A stretch of 64,000 bases of DNA from an uncultured bacterium. Lineage in GTDB: Bacteria > Planctomycetota > Phycisphaerae > UBA1845. The translations under genes were made by a program, and so were the position numbers. Location: contig CBDUXT010000009.1 of NCBI GenBank assembly GCA_965371245.1, positions 1,796-65,795 of the forward strand. The letters run 5' to 3'. The notes beneath the pieces are model-generated. The model saw only the letters and a program-made list of their open reading frames with translations, had not been told where the DNA came from and did no database searches. Below are positions 56,001-64,000 of this stretch, one piece after another; the stretch's first letter is position 1, and the number at the start of each line of letters is the position of its first letter.

Positions 56001-58709
56001 TCCGCTACGCGAGATCACGCTCAAGCCCGACAGCCCGGACAGCTTGTCGATGATGCTCGCGGGAATCTCATTGCTGAGATAGTCGGTATCCGGATCCATG
56101 CTTATGTTTTCGAATGGCAGAACAGCCAGGCGACGGTTGGTCTCGACCGTCAATTGAGGTCGCTGAGGCGGTTCAAAACCGACCCGCATCAGTACCTCAT
56201 CAAACCGGGGCAGATGGCGAATCGGATCCAGCCGCGGGTCAACCTGTAGATAGGGGATGCACTCGGCCCGGTCGTCGCACGCCTCGCTTATTTCGTCGAG
56301 TGCCTGGTCATATTCCTTGAGGCCGATCGAAATGGTAGCTACCTCGTACGGACAGACATAGTCGATATCCTTACGTTCTTTGAGCCGTTTTCTGATCGCC
56401 CTCGCTTCGACGGGCTGTTTTGCCACGGCCAGAACGCCGCCCAGCATGGCCCGAATCTGCGGAGCCTCCTCGCTTAGGGCAACAGCCCGGCGCAGATGAC
56501 GGATGGCGTCTTCGTGGTTGCCAAGCTGGCTTTCGGCTAGGCCCGCCCATTGGTGCGCCGGCCAGTAGCTCGCGTCCACGGCCAGCGCGTCCATCGCGTC
56601 GCGAACGCAGCGGTCGTACCGCCGGGTCGAGAACGCCACGCCATGAAAGGCGTCATTCGTGTATTTCAGCGCCGGGTCCAACTCGACGGACATGTCCAGT
56701 TGGGCGAGCGCTTCGTCCCCACGCTTCATGGCTGCAAGCCAATCGGCGTAAGCTAAACGAGCCTCGCCATGACTGGGGTTCACGTCCACTGCGCGTTTGA
56801 ATTCCAACTCCGCGGCCGCCCATTCCCATTCATAATACATCAAGTATTTGCCCAGGGCGACGTGGGCCTCGGCGAGCCCGTCATCGAGCGCCAGCGCAGC
56901 TCGCGCTGCTTTCGCCATCTGGGGCATGGTTTCGCTCGGCGACAGGTGCGTGCTACTGAGGGCCAAGTAGGCCTGTGCCTTCGCCGCGTAGGCCAGGGCG
57001 AACCCAGAGTCGATGGCTAGCGCCGCATCAAAAAGCCCGATCGCCTCGCGACACGACCGGCGCGTTCCCTTCCGGGTGAGCTCTCGACCACGGGCATAGA
57101 GGTCGTAGGCGGTCCAGTTCACTTTCGGGGCGGCCGTCAGCAGTTGCTTCTCTGACGGCGTCAGCTCGATCCTGACCCCCTCCGCGACCGCCCGGGCCAC
57201 GTCGTTGTAGATCTTCAGGATATCACCTTTATCGCGCTCGAAGTGATCCGACCAGATCTGTCGCTGCGTGTTCGCCTCTACGAGCCGGACCCGGATCTGT
57301 ATGCGGTCGCCCACCTGCAGGGCGTCTCCGGTGACGAAGGCGTCCACCGAGATTTCGCGGGCGATCTGCGCCAGCGGCGGTTCGTTATCCTTGTAGCGCA
57401 TCATCGTCCGGGCGTTGGTCACTTTCAGCGCGCTGATCTTGGCAAGATCGTCGGTGATCGCGCCCGTGATACCATCGACAAAATGACTCGGCATGGAGTC
57501 GCCCGAAAGGCTAATGAACGGCAGGACGGCAATGGAGCGAATCGACGACACACCGCCGGAAGCCGGCGCCGCAGTCCGCTCCGTGGTGTTTCCATCTCGA
57601 CCCATCCAGACGGCCGCGATCGTGATGACCACGGACACCACGCCGATGCCGATCCAGAATTCGCCGCGACGCGTTGGAGCGGACATCGCAGAGCCGGAAG
57701 GGATTGAGGACGCCGTCGAACTTGGCGGCAGAGAAGCAGGGGTTAGCGATGACACGGAATGAGGTTCGGAGAGATCGCTACCCGAATCCACTTCCTTCCG
57801 CAGTGCCCGTAACTCATTGCGGACGTCCTTGGCCGACTGGTATCGGTCCTCGGCGTTTTTCTCCAGACAGTGCTCGATGATTCGACCCAAGTGACGAGGC
57901 ACCACGCTGTTGAGTTCCTGCACCGGGCGCGGCGCGTCGCGCAGAATTGAAGAGGTCAGCGTCGCAGAGTTTTTTCCTTTGAACGGTCGCTGCCCCGTAG
58001 CCATCTCGTACAGCATCACGCCGAGGGAAAAGAGATCGGTTCGGTGATCCAGGTTCTCGCCCTGAAGCTGCTCGGGTGACATGTACGGGACGGTGCCGAT
58101 GATCACACCCCGACCCGTCAGCGGCGCCGACATCGTCACGTCGTCGGGCGAAGAACCGCCTTTACCGGCTGCGGTCAACTTGGCGAGACCAAAGTCGAGC
58201 ACCTTGACCCGGCCTTCCTTGGTCACCATGACGTTGGCGGGTTTGAGGTCGCGGTGAACGATGCCCTTGCCATGAGCCGTGGCTAACGCATCGGCCATCG
58301 GGATCGCCAAGTCGAAGATCTGCCCAAGCGGCATGCCGCCAGGGGCCATCATGCGGTCGAGCGTATCGCCTTCCACCAGCTCCATGGCGATGAAACGATG
58401 CTTGCCTTCGTTATGGATCCCGTGGATCGTGACGATGTTGGGGTGGTTGAGGGTAGCGACAGTCTTGGCTTCTCGCTCGAATCGCTGCAACCGCTCCGGA
58501 CTTGACGCCACGTCGGCGGGCAGAACCTTGATAGCCACCTCGCGTCCGAGGGTTGTATCTTTGGCACGATAGACCTCGCCCATGCCCCCCGCGCCGAGGG
58601 GCGAGAGGATCTCATACGGGCCTAGTCTGGTGCCTGCTGCCAGCGGCATGAGGGTGTCAGCTCCACGCGGGAAGCGCGTCGGCCTTGCGTCGTTGAGTGC
58701 CCTATCCAC
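53055..58709 (-). CDS. Ser/Thr protein kinase with one TM and three tandem sensor modules (LPF-type alpha/beta domain + TPR array)
   Basis: Kinase motifs are GAGGMGEVY, VAIK, HRDLKPAN, DFG and SPE. The TM is at about aa 351-370. The modules begin at IAVLPFISLSGD, LAVLPFENISMD and LAVLPFANLGND. Confidence 0.9.
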   Translation of the reverse strand: MDRALNDARPTRFPRGADTLMPLAAGTRLGPYEILSPLGAGGMGEVYRAKDTTLGREVAIKVLPADVASSPERLQRFEREAKTVATLNHPNIVTIHGIHNEGKHRFIAMELVEGDTLDRMMAPGGMPLGQIFDLAIPMADALATAHGKGIVHRDLKPANVMVTKEGRVKVLDFGLAKLTAAGKGGSSPDDVTMSAPLTGRGVIIGTVPYMSPEQLQGENLDHRTDLFSLGVMLYEMATGQRPFKGKNSATLTSSILRDAPRPVQELNSVVPRHLGRIIEHCLEKNAEDRYQSAKDVRNELRALRKEVDSGSDLSEPHSVSSLTPASLPPSSTASSIPSGSAMSAPTRRGEFWIGIGVVSVVITIAAVWMGRDGNTTERTAAPASGGVSSIRSIAVLPFISLSGDSMPSHFVDGITGAITDDLAKISALKVTNARTMMRYKDNEPPLAQIAREISVDAFVTGDALQVGDRIQIRVRLVEANTQRQIWSDHFERDKGDILKIYNDVARAVAEGVRIELTPSEKQLLTAAPKVNWTAYDLYARGRELTRKGTRRSCREAIGLFDAALAIDSGFALAYAAKAQAYLALSSTHLSPSETMPQMAKAARAALALDDGLAEAHVALGKYLMYYEWEWAAAELEFKRAVDVNPSHGEARLAYADWLAAMKRGDEALAQLDMSVELDPALKYTNDAFHGVAFSTRRYDRCVRDAMDALAVDASYWPAHQWAGLAESQLGNHEDAIRHLRRAVALSEEAPQIRAMLGGVLAVAKQPVEARAIRKRLKERKDIDYVCPYEVATISIGLKEYDQALDEISEACDDRAECIPYLQVDPRLDPIRHLPRFDEVLMRVGFEPPQRPQLTVETNRRLAVLPFENISMDPDTDYLSNEIPASIIDKLSGLSGLSVISRSGAFRFDPAKEDASSFGKSLGVSVVLTGQLNARGNSLTIRAELVDVSTNQQLWSKRYARELTDIMAVEADITQNIVDALRLRLTQEEKIELAKSDTSNADAHRAYLEARHLWNLRSEDGFAGAIELFDHAISLDPEYAEAYAGKADCYLLLAHYYRPPKEVIPQAEQAIETALRLDDSMGEAYASLGYLKGWSQQNWAEAEAAFKRGISLSPRYSTLYHWSSALLMSQSRFDEALSAISRAAELEPNSLIIKTDTAWALFCAGRVREAFDHIEDTRKLAPDFLPAHVRYAWMLMSDGQPDRAIPVLKLLDARRGRASISAGMLGAAYAMAGRTTEAQDELNVLTQLASRQFVPACGFASIHANLGDLDEAFRWLERAHQSGEVWTAFLKIDPMWKALHGDPRFDDLLRRIGLEPDAKSGSTARDQNEKIMLAVLPFANLGNDPEQEYFSDGMTEEMITRLGRLRPELLGVIARTSAMRYKKTDKSIDQIGRELGVTYIIEGGVRRAGNNVRINAQLILVSDQTQLWGDSYTRSLSDVFEIQSEVADQVAAKLSVELLTEEAPGMVDRPTNNTAAYDAFLKAREFVWYSEFGHEKYESGIRLLEQAIELDPSFALAYAELSVGHALMHHYGFDQSPSRAAESKAAVDRALQLDPDLPDAHLAMGNYYYSCHRDYDRALASLAVARKSLANDSRFLDIYGSVLRRKGQLEVALEQFIWALALDPGDANSAANLAGTYQIMRNYEKADQIFERMIEIAPQRQYGYDGIAWNFFLWRGDPEAARAAIEGLTTPANQYVFATGYRLEFYARRFDTAIKGLEESPLEFAAFQDLFLTKAQLRGLAHRFNNKPELSRAANEKALVILEEQREQRPDDCRVYGSLGLVYAELGRSDDAIEAGKRGLELCPVSRDIFVGPKRLEDLALIYVAVGDFDAALEHIEGLLQIPCRFSTALLKLDPRWDPLRDHAGYTDLIQRYGSTGAPDKPAKP

Positions 58710-58813
58710 CGTTCTATCACGCCATGAGCCTCCACACCAGCAGCATCATGGAAGATCTTGGGGAATTCGGTGATCTTGAAGGGCCGGCTCGCTGCGATAA
58801 ATCAAATAGCGCA

Positions 58814-60136
58814 TCACATCTCGTGCTCGCTACTTGCGGCCGCTTCGTCAGGCACATCCAGTGGCACCGAATGACACAACCGGCCTTCCGCCCGCGACGC
58901 CAGTTCTTTGTAGAGCCGCTGGTGGCGGTCCAGGAACCGATCGATCGTCCAGTGTCGCAGGGCATGAGCGCGAGCGGCCGAACCGGCGGCCTGGCGCGCT
59001 GCTTGGTCTTTCAGCACGCGCTGCAGCGTTGATGACAAAGCCTTCGCGTCGCCGGGTGGCACCAGAAACCCGGTCCGATCGTGCTCGATTTGTTCGTTGA
59101 CCCCATCGATGTCGAACGCGACCGCGGGCGTGCCGGAGGCCATGGTCTCGGTGACGACACACGGAAAGTTTTCCGCGAGGGACGTAAACAGCAACACGTC
59201 GGCGGCCGCGTAGGCCTTGGCCAGCGGCGTGCGGCTGGTTACGTAGCCGAGCGGGCGCACGTCGTGCATCGAGAGTGCCTCGACAAGCTCGGTGGTGTCG
59301 CCGGCGCCGGCAAGCAGGACGGTCAGGTTCTCCAGGGCGATGCGTTGAAGGGCGGCGACGGCGTGGTCGATGCCTTTGCGGGGGTCCTCGAGCCCCTGGG
59401 CAACAAGCAGGACAACCAGGCGATCAGGCGAAATCCCGATTTGTTTGCGGGCCGCCGCGCGACCGGGCTGGAACGTCTCGGTGTCCACCGCGTAGGGGAT
59501 GATCCGCACGGTGCCGCGCGGGAACATGCCGCTCTCTGCCGCGGCTCGGCCCAGGTGCTCCGACGGAGTCACGATCGTCACCGGAAGCGCCTGGAACTGG
59601 GTTCGCTTGATGGCATGGAGCCGGTGTGTGCGGTCGAACGGCGTGACGAGCGGGTATCGGCCGAGTTGCGGACAGTCCCCGCACCGTGACCTCCATTTCT
59701 CACAATCCATCGGAAACGCACATCCGCCCGTAAGTGGGAAGAAGTCGTGGAAGGTCCAGACGAGCGGGGCGCGCTCGGCCAGCCGGCGAACGTCGGTCAG
59801 GCTGAAGTAATGGCCGTGGACGTTGTGCAGATGGATGATATCGACCTCGGCGAGCGCGGATGAGTCACAAAAGCGGCCCGAGGCCGCGATCCCCAGGTTG
59901 AAGAATCCCTTTCTTGCGTAGCGGTCGGTCCCTACCCGCGGTGCCGGGCTGTCGGAGAGGGGGCGCGTGTGATCCAGGTCTTCGTCGCCGCGGCGGCGAC
60001 CGACCCAAAGATCCACCTGATGCCCGCGATCGCGCAGCCCGTCTCGCAGCAGCCGGACGATGGTCTCTGCCCCGCCGCCGTGGTCGGCCGAGTTGAGCAG
60101 CGCAATTCGCAAGGGTCGGTCCGGGTCGTGGTTCAT
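58814..60136 (-). CDS. GT4-type (GT-B fold) glycosyltransferase
   Basis: I prefer the start MNHDPDRPLRIALLNSADHGGGAE. The C-terminal half is ...FTSLAENFPCVVTETMASGTPAVAFDIDG. Confidence 0.85.
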   Translation of the reverse strand: MNHDPDRPLRIALLNSADHGGGAETIVRLLRDGLRDRGHQVDLWVGRRRGDEDLDHTRPLSDSPAPRVGTDRYARKGFFNLGIAASGRFCDSSALAEVDIIHLHNVHGHYFSLTDVRRLAERAPLVWTFHDFFPLTGGCAFPMDCEKWRSRCGDCPQLGRYPLVTPFDRTHRLHAIKRTQFQALPVTIVTPSEHLGRAAAESGMFPRGTVRIIPYAVDTETFQPGRAAARKQIGISPDRLVVLLVAQGLEDPRKGIDHAVAALQRIALENLTVLLAGAGDTTELVEALSMHDVRPLGYVTSRTPLAKAYAAADVLLFTSLAENFPCVVTETMASGTPAVAFDIDGVNEQIEHDRTGFLVPPGDAKALSSTLQRVLKDQAARQAAGSAARAHALRHWTIDRFLDRHQRLYKELASRAEGRLCHSVPLDVPDEAAASSEHEM

Positions 60137-60316
60137 CGATCGTATTATCGGCTCGCCCGGGCACGGTGCGCCGGTGCGTTGGAAGTCGAGGTTCACATCG
60201 AGCATCCATCAAGCCCGCGTGGCGATTGTCCGATAACGTTCCAAGGCGATCCGCCACGACTCGCTCGGACGGATCGGCGAATCGCCCACTACTGATAGTA
60301 TGGAAGGGGCTCGAAC

Positions 60317-61348
60317 GTGCAGCAAACTCTCGCCGCGCCGGCCGCTGGGATCGACGAGACCGTCGAACAGCCGCGGTACCCGTTTCCGAGACAGGTGCCG
60401 GTGTCGCTGATCGGCTCCGCGGTCGATCTGTTCACCCTGACCCGCGACTCGGACGCCGTTGTCGTGACGCCGAACATCCCGTTGCCGCGCCGATGCCAGA
60501 TTAGGGCGGCAGCGCTGTTCGCGCAATCCCGCGGCATGCCCGACGTCAACACGGTGATGGGAAGGATGCTGTTTGAGCCGGGCTCGACCCTGCCGCAGCG
60601 CTTCACGCCGTTCACCCGCGACCCGGATCGGCGGTTCCGCGAACTCTTCCTCCTCACGGAGACGACGCCGGACGATGCGCTTCTTACGTCGGCTGCCCGA
60701 TGGCACAATTGGCAGGCGGTGGCGACGCATCTGCTGAATGCGGCCGGCGTGACATGGAACGGGCTCTCCGCGCGAGACGTGGATGAGTTGATGGATGCCG
60801 AGCCCTGGCTCGAACCGCTCGAAGGCTGCATCCTTCACGCCCTGTCCGGGTGGAGCAGCAGGGCGGGGCGATGCATCGTCGAGATCGGCTCGCTTCGTGG
60901 ACAGTCGCTGGCCATGTTGGCGCGCGGGCTGCGGGGCGTCGGCGGAGACGGAATGGTTCTCTCCGTTGATCCGCATCAAGTGCAGCCACACAATGCGACC
61001 GCCGTACGAGTGGCACTGGCTCAGATCGGCCAAGAGCGTCGGCTGATTCAGTTCCCGTGTACGTCCGACGAAGCGTCAAAGATGATCCGGCCGGGATCAG
61101 CCTCGCTCGTGTTCGTTGATGGCGACCACGCGTACGAGCAGGTGGCGGCCGACTTCAGGAACTACCGCGATATTCTCGCCCCCGGCGGTTGCCTGCTGTT
61201 CCACGACTACGGTTACGGTCTACACAACCAGAAGCCGGACGTGGTTCCCGATGTGCGCCGCGCGATCGACGATCATGTGCTCGTTGCGCGGGAATTCAAG
61301 CCGCTGCTGCTGGCGCACACGCTACTGGCGATGGTCAAGGAGGAGTAA
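60317..61348 (+). CDS. class I SAM-dependent methyltransferase (Methyltransf_24/CmcI-like) with unknown ~170-aa N-domain
   Basis: GTG start. ...CIVEIGSLRGQSLAMLA...LVFVDGDHAYEQVAADF...LAPGGCLLFHDY. Confidence 0.75.
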   Translation: MQQTLAAPAAGIDETVEQPRYPFPRQVPVSLIGSAVDLFTLTRDSDAVVVTPNIPLPRRCQIRAAALFAQSRGMPDVNTVMGRMLFEPGSTLPQRFTPFTRDPDRRFRELFLLTETTPDDALLTSAARWHNWQAVATHLLNAAGVTWNGLSARDVDELMDAEPWLEPLEGCILHALSGWSSRAGRCIVEIGSLRGQSLAMLARGLRGVGGDGMVLSVDPHQVQPHNATAVRVALAQIGQERRLIQFPCTSDEASKMIRPGSASLVFVDGDHAYEQVAADFRNYRDILAPGGCLLFHDYGYGLHNQKPDVVPDVRRAIDDHVLVAREFKPLLLAHTLLAMVKEE

Positions 61349-61353
61349 CGCTG

Positions 61354-62109
61354 GTGTCGGTCGCGCGGGAAGCAACGATCCAAGCGGAGGCGCCGACGGA
61401 GGCGCCGGGTTCGTGCCGCGCCGCCGAGGCGTCCGGCACGGGCTCGCCGCCAAGCGCCGTCGCCTCGGGGCACTACGACAGGCATTACTTCGACTGGCAG
61501 AAGAACATCGGCGCGTTCGGCGGCATCGCCAACAAGATCAAGTTCGAGGCGTTCATCCGTCCGGATGACAACGTCATCGACTTCGGCTGCGGTGGGGGGT
61601 ACCTGCTGGAGAACCTGACTTGTCGTGGGAAGATCGGCATCGAGATTAACCCGACGGCCGCAGCACAGGCGCGGGACCACGGGCTCACGACGCACGCGTC
61701 GGTCGAAGGAGTCCCCGACGGTTGGGCCGACGTGATCGTCTCGAACAACGCACTCGAACATACCGAGCAGCCGCTGACAGAGCTCACCCGGTTGTATCCC
61801 AAGCTCCGGCCCGGCGGGTTGCTGGTTCTGGTCGTCCCGTGTGAATCGATTCGGTACGCTTACAGGCCGCGCGACATCAATCAGCACCTCTATAGCTTCA
61901 GCCCGATGTGCATCGGAAACCTCTGCACTCGGGCCGGGTTCGAGGTGATTCGCTCCGAGCCGTTCCTGCACAAATGGCCGCCGCGCTATGCGACGGTCAT
62001 GCAGCTTCTGGGGCTTCGGCTCTTTCACGTCGTGTGCCGCGTGTACAGCCGATGGGAGCGGAGTTGGTTTCAGGTCCGGGTCGTGGCCCGGCGGCCGGAA
62101 ACGGCGTGA
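61354..62109 (+). CDS. class I SAM-dependent methyltransferase
   Basis: AAGGAGGAG + 7 nt + in-frame GTG 61354. ...VIDFGCGGGYLLENL...VIVSNNALEHTEQP...LRPGGLLVLVVP. Confidence 0.75.
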   Translation: MSVAREATIQAEAPTEAPGSCRAAEASGTGSPPSAVASGHYDRHYFDWQKNIGAFGGIANKIKFEAFIRPDDNVIDFGCGGGYLLENLTCRGKIGIEINPTAAAQARDHGLTTHASVEGVPDGWADVIVSNNALEHTEQPLTELTRLYPKLRPGGLLVLVVPCESIRYAYRPRDINQHLYSFSPMCIGNLCTRAGFEVIRSEPFLHKWPPRYATVMQLLGLRLFHVVCRVYSRWERSWFQVRVVARRPETA

Positions 62110-63221
62110 CCGCCCGCGGTGCTCGCCAGCGCGCCGGTCAGCAGGTCGAGGAGCTCACCCATTCTCGTCGTGTAGCGATGATCGCGGAGCGTGCGTTTCT
62201 GACCGGCCTGTGCAATCGCCATCCTTTCGGGTTCCCGTTTCAGATAGAAGGCGATCTTCGCGGCGCAGTCGTCGGCGTCTTCAAACGTGACCACCTCGCG
62301 CTGTGGGTCAAACAGATCGGCCAGGTTCCCCTTGGCGTCCGTCAGCAGGCAGGTGCCCATCCCGGTGGCCTCGTAGAGCCGCATGTTGTTCGCCCAGTCG
62401 GTTCGGCTTGATCCATCGACGCCTATCTCCGCGTGCAGGTTCAGCGTGATGCGGGACTGCCTGAGAACCTCGTACATCCTCATCCCCCAAGCCGGTCCTC
62501 CGTGGTGAGCGCGGATGGTCGATTGTTCGGCGATGCGTTCCAACCCATAGCCGAACACGTCCACCTCCATCGTAGCCAGGATCGTTTCCAGCCAGGCCGC
62601 CCGATTGGGATGGGAAGGGGCGAAACCGCCGACGAACGTCACGTCGTGCGTGGGTGTGCTCGTGGTGATCCGTTCGAGGATTCGCTCGTCGAAGGCGAGC
62701 TTCAGGTGGGCGGACGCCTGCCCGCGGCTCCGGAAATAATCCACGATCGGCGGGAAGGAGGAGACCATCAGGTCATAGGCCGCGTACGTGCGTTCCGGCC
62801 TGAGCGGTGAGGCGACCTGTCCTACAAGCAGCCGTGTGGACGCTTTGATCTCCTCCAAGAACGAGTCGCCCAAAGGAGACCACTCGAAGACGAACACGAT
62901 ATCGGGCCGAAGATGACTGACCTGGGCGGCGAATACCTGGCGACGCCGCTCGTGAACGTTGCCGGCTGGCACGACGTTGTGTTCCGTGGCCCAACGTTTC
63001 TGCACTCGGTCGGCGTTGAGGATCACGTCCTGGGCATCACAGCCCAGCGCCCGCAGCCCATGGGAATAGGCGTCGCCTACGCCGAAGGCAGTTGAAAGAA
63101 TGCGCTTGCGCTGCTCGTGGAAGTCGAGTTCGGCTAGTCCCAGGTCGTCCGCGTAGAGCTGTTGCAGGAACTCCGGGTAGTAGGTGTGGACAAGCAGGAT
63201 TCGCGGCTGGGAACAGCCCAT
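62070..63221 (-). CDS. CgeB-like / DUF3880-type glycosyltransferase
   Basis: 383 aa, beginning RILLVHTYYPEFLQQLY. The C-terminal part has ...LYEATGMGTCLLTD...VVTFEDADD... The family call is from memory only. Confidence 0.6.
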   Translation of the reverse strand: MGCSQPRILLVHTYYPEFLQQLYADDLGLAELDFHEQRKRILSTAFGVGDAYSHGLRALGCDAQDVILNADRVQKRWATEHNVVPAGNVHERRRQVFAAQVSHLRPDIVFVFEWSPLGDSFLEEIKASTRLLVGQVASPLRPERTYAAYDLMVSSFPPIVDYFRSRGQASAHLKLAFDERILERITTSTPTHDVTFVGGFAPSHPNRAAWLETILATMEVDVFGYGLERIAEQSTIRAHHGGPAWGMRMYEVLRQSRITLNLHAEIGVDGSSRTDWANNMRLYEATGMGTCLLTDAKGNLADLFDPQREVVTFEDADDCAAKIAFYLKREPERMAIAQAGQKRTLRDHRYTTRMGELLDLLTGALASTAGGHAVSGRRATTRT

Positions 63222-63239
63222 GATTCTCGTCCAACCGGG

Positions 63240-64000
63240 TCAGGCGGATGTTCGGTACAAAGGACGCGACCCTTCGCCGACGCGTTCGACGTCCACCTTG
63301 CGAAGTGATGAGGTGATCCGCCCCTGATCCAACAGGGTCTCGAGCTGGAGCACTCTTCGGTAGCGGTCCGAACGCCATTCGCCCGGCGTCAGCCCCGCAC
63401 CGGTCAGCGCGTTGCGAAGTTGCCGGATGCCGTCCGGCAGGGTCCATCGGAACTCAAACTTGGGAAACGCCTCCGCAAACCGGGACCCGTCGATGCGGCA
63501 GCTCGGCTCGTCCAAGGTGAAGCGTGCGGTGGACCGGCTGCACCACGGCACCAACTCCGTGACCAGGTCGGCCACGGTGATCATTCGATGGTTCTCGTCG
63601 CTCGAAACGACGTTGAAGACCCGTCCACGAACGATGTCGGCGTCCGCCGTGAGGGTGGAGGCGTACGCTCGTGCCAAGTCCTCCACGTGAATCAGGGGCT
63701 TCCAAGCGCGCCCGTCGCTATTCAGGGCGGCCTTGCCCGTCACCAGGGCCGACGCAACCAGGTCGTTGACCGGAAGGTCAAGACGCATTCGTGACGACAC
63801 GCCGTAGGTCATGGCGTTGCGAAGAACAACCGGCGCGAACGACGTGTCCGCCATCGGAAGCAAGGCCCGCTCACATCGCAGCTTGGCGGCCGCGTGAGCC
63901 GAAATCGGATCGACCGGACCATTCTCGTCGAGTAGCGCGCCGCCGGCTCGGCCGTACACGCTGCACGATGATGCGAACAAGAGGCGCGAGACGTCGGCTC
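63240..64000 (-). CDS. extended-SDR NAD-dependent epimerase/dehydratase family protein, partial (5' end beyond right edge)
   Basis: ...FASSCSVYG...DPISAHAAAKLRCE...VLRNAMTYG... The frame is open to position 64000. Confidence 0.75.
   Translation of the reverse strand, partial: ADVSRLLFASSCSVYGRAGGALLDENGPVDPISAHAAAKLRCERALLPMADTSFAPVVLRNAMTYGVSSRMRLDLPVNDLVASALVTGKAALNSDGRAWKPLIHVEDLARAYASTLTADADIVRGRVFNVVSSDENHRMITVADLVTELVPWCSRSTARFTLDEPSCRIDGSRFAEAFPKFEFRWTLPDGIRQLRNALTGAGLTPGEWRSDRYRRVLQLETLLDQGRITSSLRKVDVERVGEGSRPLYRTSA

Overview
This is a high-GC bacterial chromosome segment. The gene content looks Planctomycetota/Phycisphaerae-like: a giant TPR Ser/Thr kinase, several GT-C membrane glycosyltransferases, beta-propeller proteins with dockerin-like tails and a choice-of-anchor-B-like protein. 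That placement is inference only. All family calls come from reading the translations by eye, with no database search.

Layout:
- (i) 1-7 kb: a Wzx-type polysaccharide locus that reads as partly decayed. wzx has a frameshift plus a nonsense codon, a GT2 is frameshifted in a 7-nt G/C tract, and an AsnB-type amidotransferase lacks its PP-loop core. An intact B12-radical-SAM / alpha-toroid gene pair sits among them.
- (ii) 7.8-18.1 kb: a 9-repeat propeller protein, an amidohydrolase plus APC permease, and an intact ABC-type (wzm/wzt) glycan-export cluster with GT2, GT4 and a Cys-less AsnB-like protein.
- (iii) Housekeeping genes: gpsA, pabB-pabC-NIF3, nadE, copZ-copA, pfk and rsmG.
- (iv) 37.5-42.8 kb: three GT-C/PMT-like modules, two of them fused in one 1128-aa ORF.
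- (v) 42.8-47.0 kb: mobile-element scars (IS630 and resolvase fragments) and a low-GC integrase island at tRNA-Ala(UGC). The island carries a cassette of small membrane/secreted proteins I cannot place.
- (vi) A 1884-aa kinase with three repeated sensor modules.
- (vii) 58.8-64 kb: a second glycan-modification cluster.

Non-coding highlights:
- Two related families of hairpin-forming dispersed repeats. Family A lies at 9.2, 37.4 and 41.2 kb. Family B lies at 26.6 and 41.0 kb and shows compensatory stem changes.
- A pair of 27-nt palindromic repeats at 7.35 and 7.6 kb.
- A 20-nt direct-repeat pair between nadE and copZ.

No rRNA and no CRISPR array were seen. The frameshifts could be sequencing or assembly errors, and this cannot be resolved from one sequence.
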